DNA of 64,000 nucleotides from the human T2T-CHM13v2.0 reference genome, Homo sapiens. The stretch is from assembly GCF_009914755.1 (NCBI RefSeq), contig NC_060937.1; one strand, 5' to 3'. Under the pieces are notes generated by a model. It was not told the DNA's origin, did not search any database, and saw only the letters and a program-made list of their open reading frames with translations. Positions 62,220 to 64,000 of this stretch are shown here, one piece after another (within the stretch, counting starts at the first letter, position 1; every line of letters begins with the position of its first letter). Position numbers and translations under genes: made by a program.

Positions 62220-64000
62220 GTTTTCAATGTTTTATCATATTTGATAGCAGCTTTTTTTATTGGTTACAAAACCTAAGCCCATATACAAAATTAGGAACAC
62301 ATTTAGATGCCTCTTTTGAAAGAACGTTTTAGTCTTTTTAAACTGAGTTTAAAAAAAAATAACAATGCAATTTTTAAACACTGTTTTGAAAACTTAAAAG
62401 TGCAGCAATATACTTAGTTTCCTTTATCTACGAAATGGTGCAATTCCAATTCAAAACTGGTAAGGTCACAAATTGAATCAAGGAAATGCATACAAGTGTC
62501 TGCACTACTTGATGCTAATGTTCACTTAAATGTTAGTTTGCACTTTAAAACATGAGAGGAAATAGGAATCATCACAGTAGAGGCCCAATTTTAATCATAA
62601 TGTGTGCAAATTTTAAAAGGTAACTGTCAGTTAAGTAAGGAAAGTCCAGAAGAAACTAAACTGGAAGGGGTACGGTTCACAATATCAAGAAGATTTGGAC
62701 TTTTAAGGGTTTCACCGAAGTTTGTGACCTTAATTAGCTTTTACGTTGTTATTCCTACTTTTAGCGAACACCACACAGTTTCAAAAATTTAGACTATAGT
62801 GTCCGAACAGGATGCAGTTACCATATGAAGCTTTAACTCAAAATTTGGATAAAGAAAAAAAGGCACAATGAACTTCAACTCAATTTTATGTGCACAAGAG
62901 TTGAAAAATCTGAGCCACCTTAAAGAGAAATTGATTCTAAAATTTATAAAACCTATAAATAATCAGAGGCCAAACCACTATATTAAAACAGATTCTCTAG
63001 CAAGTAAAAATCTTGCAGTTTAAACATACGCTTGTATCCACTTTAGATACAAGACAAAACTCACTCTTTAAAGTGGCTCCACCTTGGCAGATACATATAT
63101 TTGTAATGAATGCACACCTGCTATGTGTTGTTTATCAGTGAAAACACCCCAGCTGATTCACAAAGCTCTGATGGCATCTGTCTCATCTTCATCACAGTAA
63201 ATACACCCCCCAATGGATAACTAAATTAGTTTAGATTTTCTATCCCTTCACATCAATGCATTGGGAAATTATACCCAGTAAACAAGAGCAACAATACCAT
63301 TTCTGTGACAGCACAAATTATTTAGTTTAAAAATTTTTAAATCCATATTCTTTCATTAATAACTGGGTCAGACAATTTACCAAAAGCAATAACTTGACAT
63401 AGTAATACCGGATTTTGCAGAATTACTTAGAGATCACTGCAAATCAGGTTTATGTTAAATAACTGCAAATTACTCCTCTACACAGATCCCTGTCTGAATC
63501 TTTTAATATGTGAAGATGCTTTTTGAGTAGGATCTGAATTAACTTTCCCAATACTCAAAGAATGAACTCTTATGACACTTCTAAATAGTTGCTGGTTTGT
63601 TGCCAACCACATTATCAAAAGCACTGGTTACTAAGTAAAAAATATTTTAAGACTAAATTACAGTAAACATGAAAGCTCCACAGTTTAAACCCAATATAAA
63701 TCAACCATATCCAATTATCAAATTAAAACAAAGAATATTAACTCCTGAAAGCTGAAAGCAAGATTTTTTTAAAAAACATCACCAATGGGTATTTTAGACT
63801 TTTGCAGTTTTTTTTTGTTTGCTTTTTGTTTTGCTGTTTTTCCTTTATACTCAGGGACTCTTGCTTTCAACTTAAACAGAAGTTCAAGTCCATAACAGGT
63901 TGCAGCTCAGGTAAAATACCATGCACAGCATTTGATTACTTCAAAACAGCAGGAACACACAGGCTGAAGAGAGTGGTCAAATAGGGCTTGCTGTTCTCAA
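62220..64000 (-). other. KPNA3: Terminal 3' UTR of the upstream minus-strand gene, probably KPNA3 (importin alpha 4)
   Basis: About 1.8 kb of AT-rich sequence free of interspersed repeats, unlike the rest of the window. AATAAA on minus at 62256-62261, preceded by TGTA. Gene identity comes from known ARL11-EBPL-KPNA3 order; no KPNA3 CDS is in the window. Confidence 0.68.

Overview
Primate (almost certainly human) genomic DNA, dominated by interspersed repeats: roughly 50 Alu copies plus L1/HAL1, L2, MIR, MaLR/ERV solo LTRs and DNA-transposon relics. The only complete protein-coding gene is EBPL (emopamil-binding protein-like, EXPERA family) on the minus strand. It has four coding exons (54165-54335, 32680-32749, 25965-26103, 23876-24116) with canonical GT-AG borders, summing to 621 nt (206 aa plus stop), and a CpG-island promoter at about 54.0-54.7 kb. 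The AT-rich, repeat-free right end (about 62.2-64 kb) looks like the terminal 3' UTR of an upstream minus-strand gene; KPNA3 is inferred from known 13q14 gene order, not from coding sequence. Almost all other ORFs in the track are Alu, LTR or simple-repeat artefacts. I found no convincing new biological system. The best leads are a zero-spacer inverted Alu palindrome, a sense-oriented LTR12 promoter cassette in EBPL intron 1, an overlapping out-of-frame upstream ORF in the EBPL leader, and EBPL's apparently retained active-site residues. Repeat boundaries and family names were assigned by eye and are approximate.
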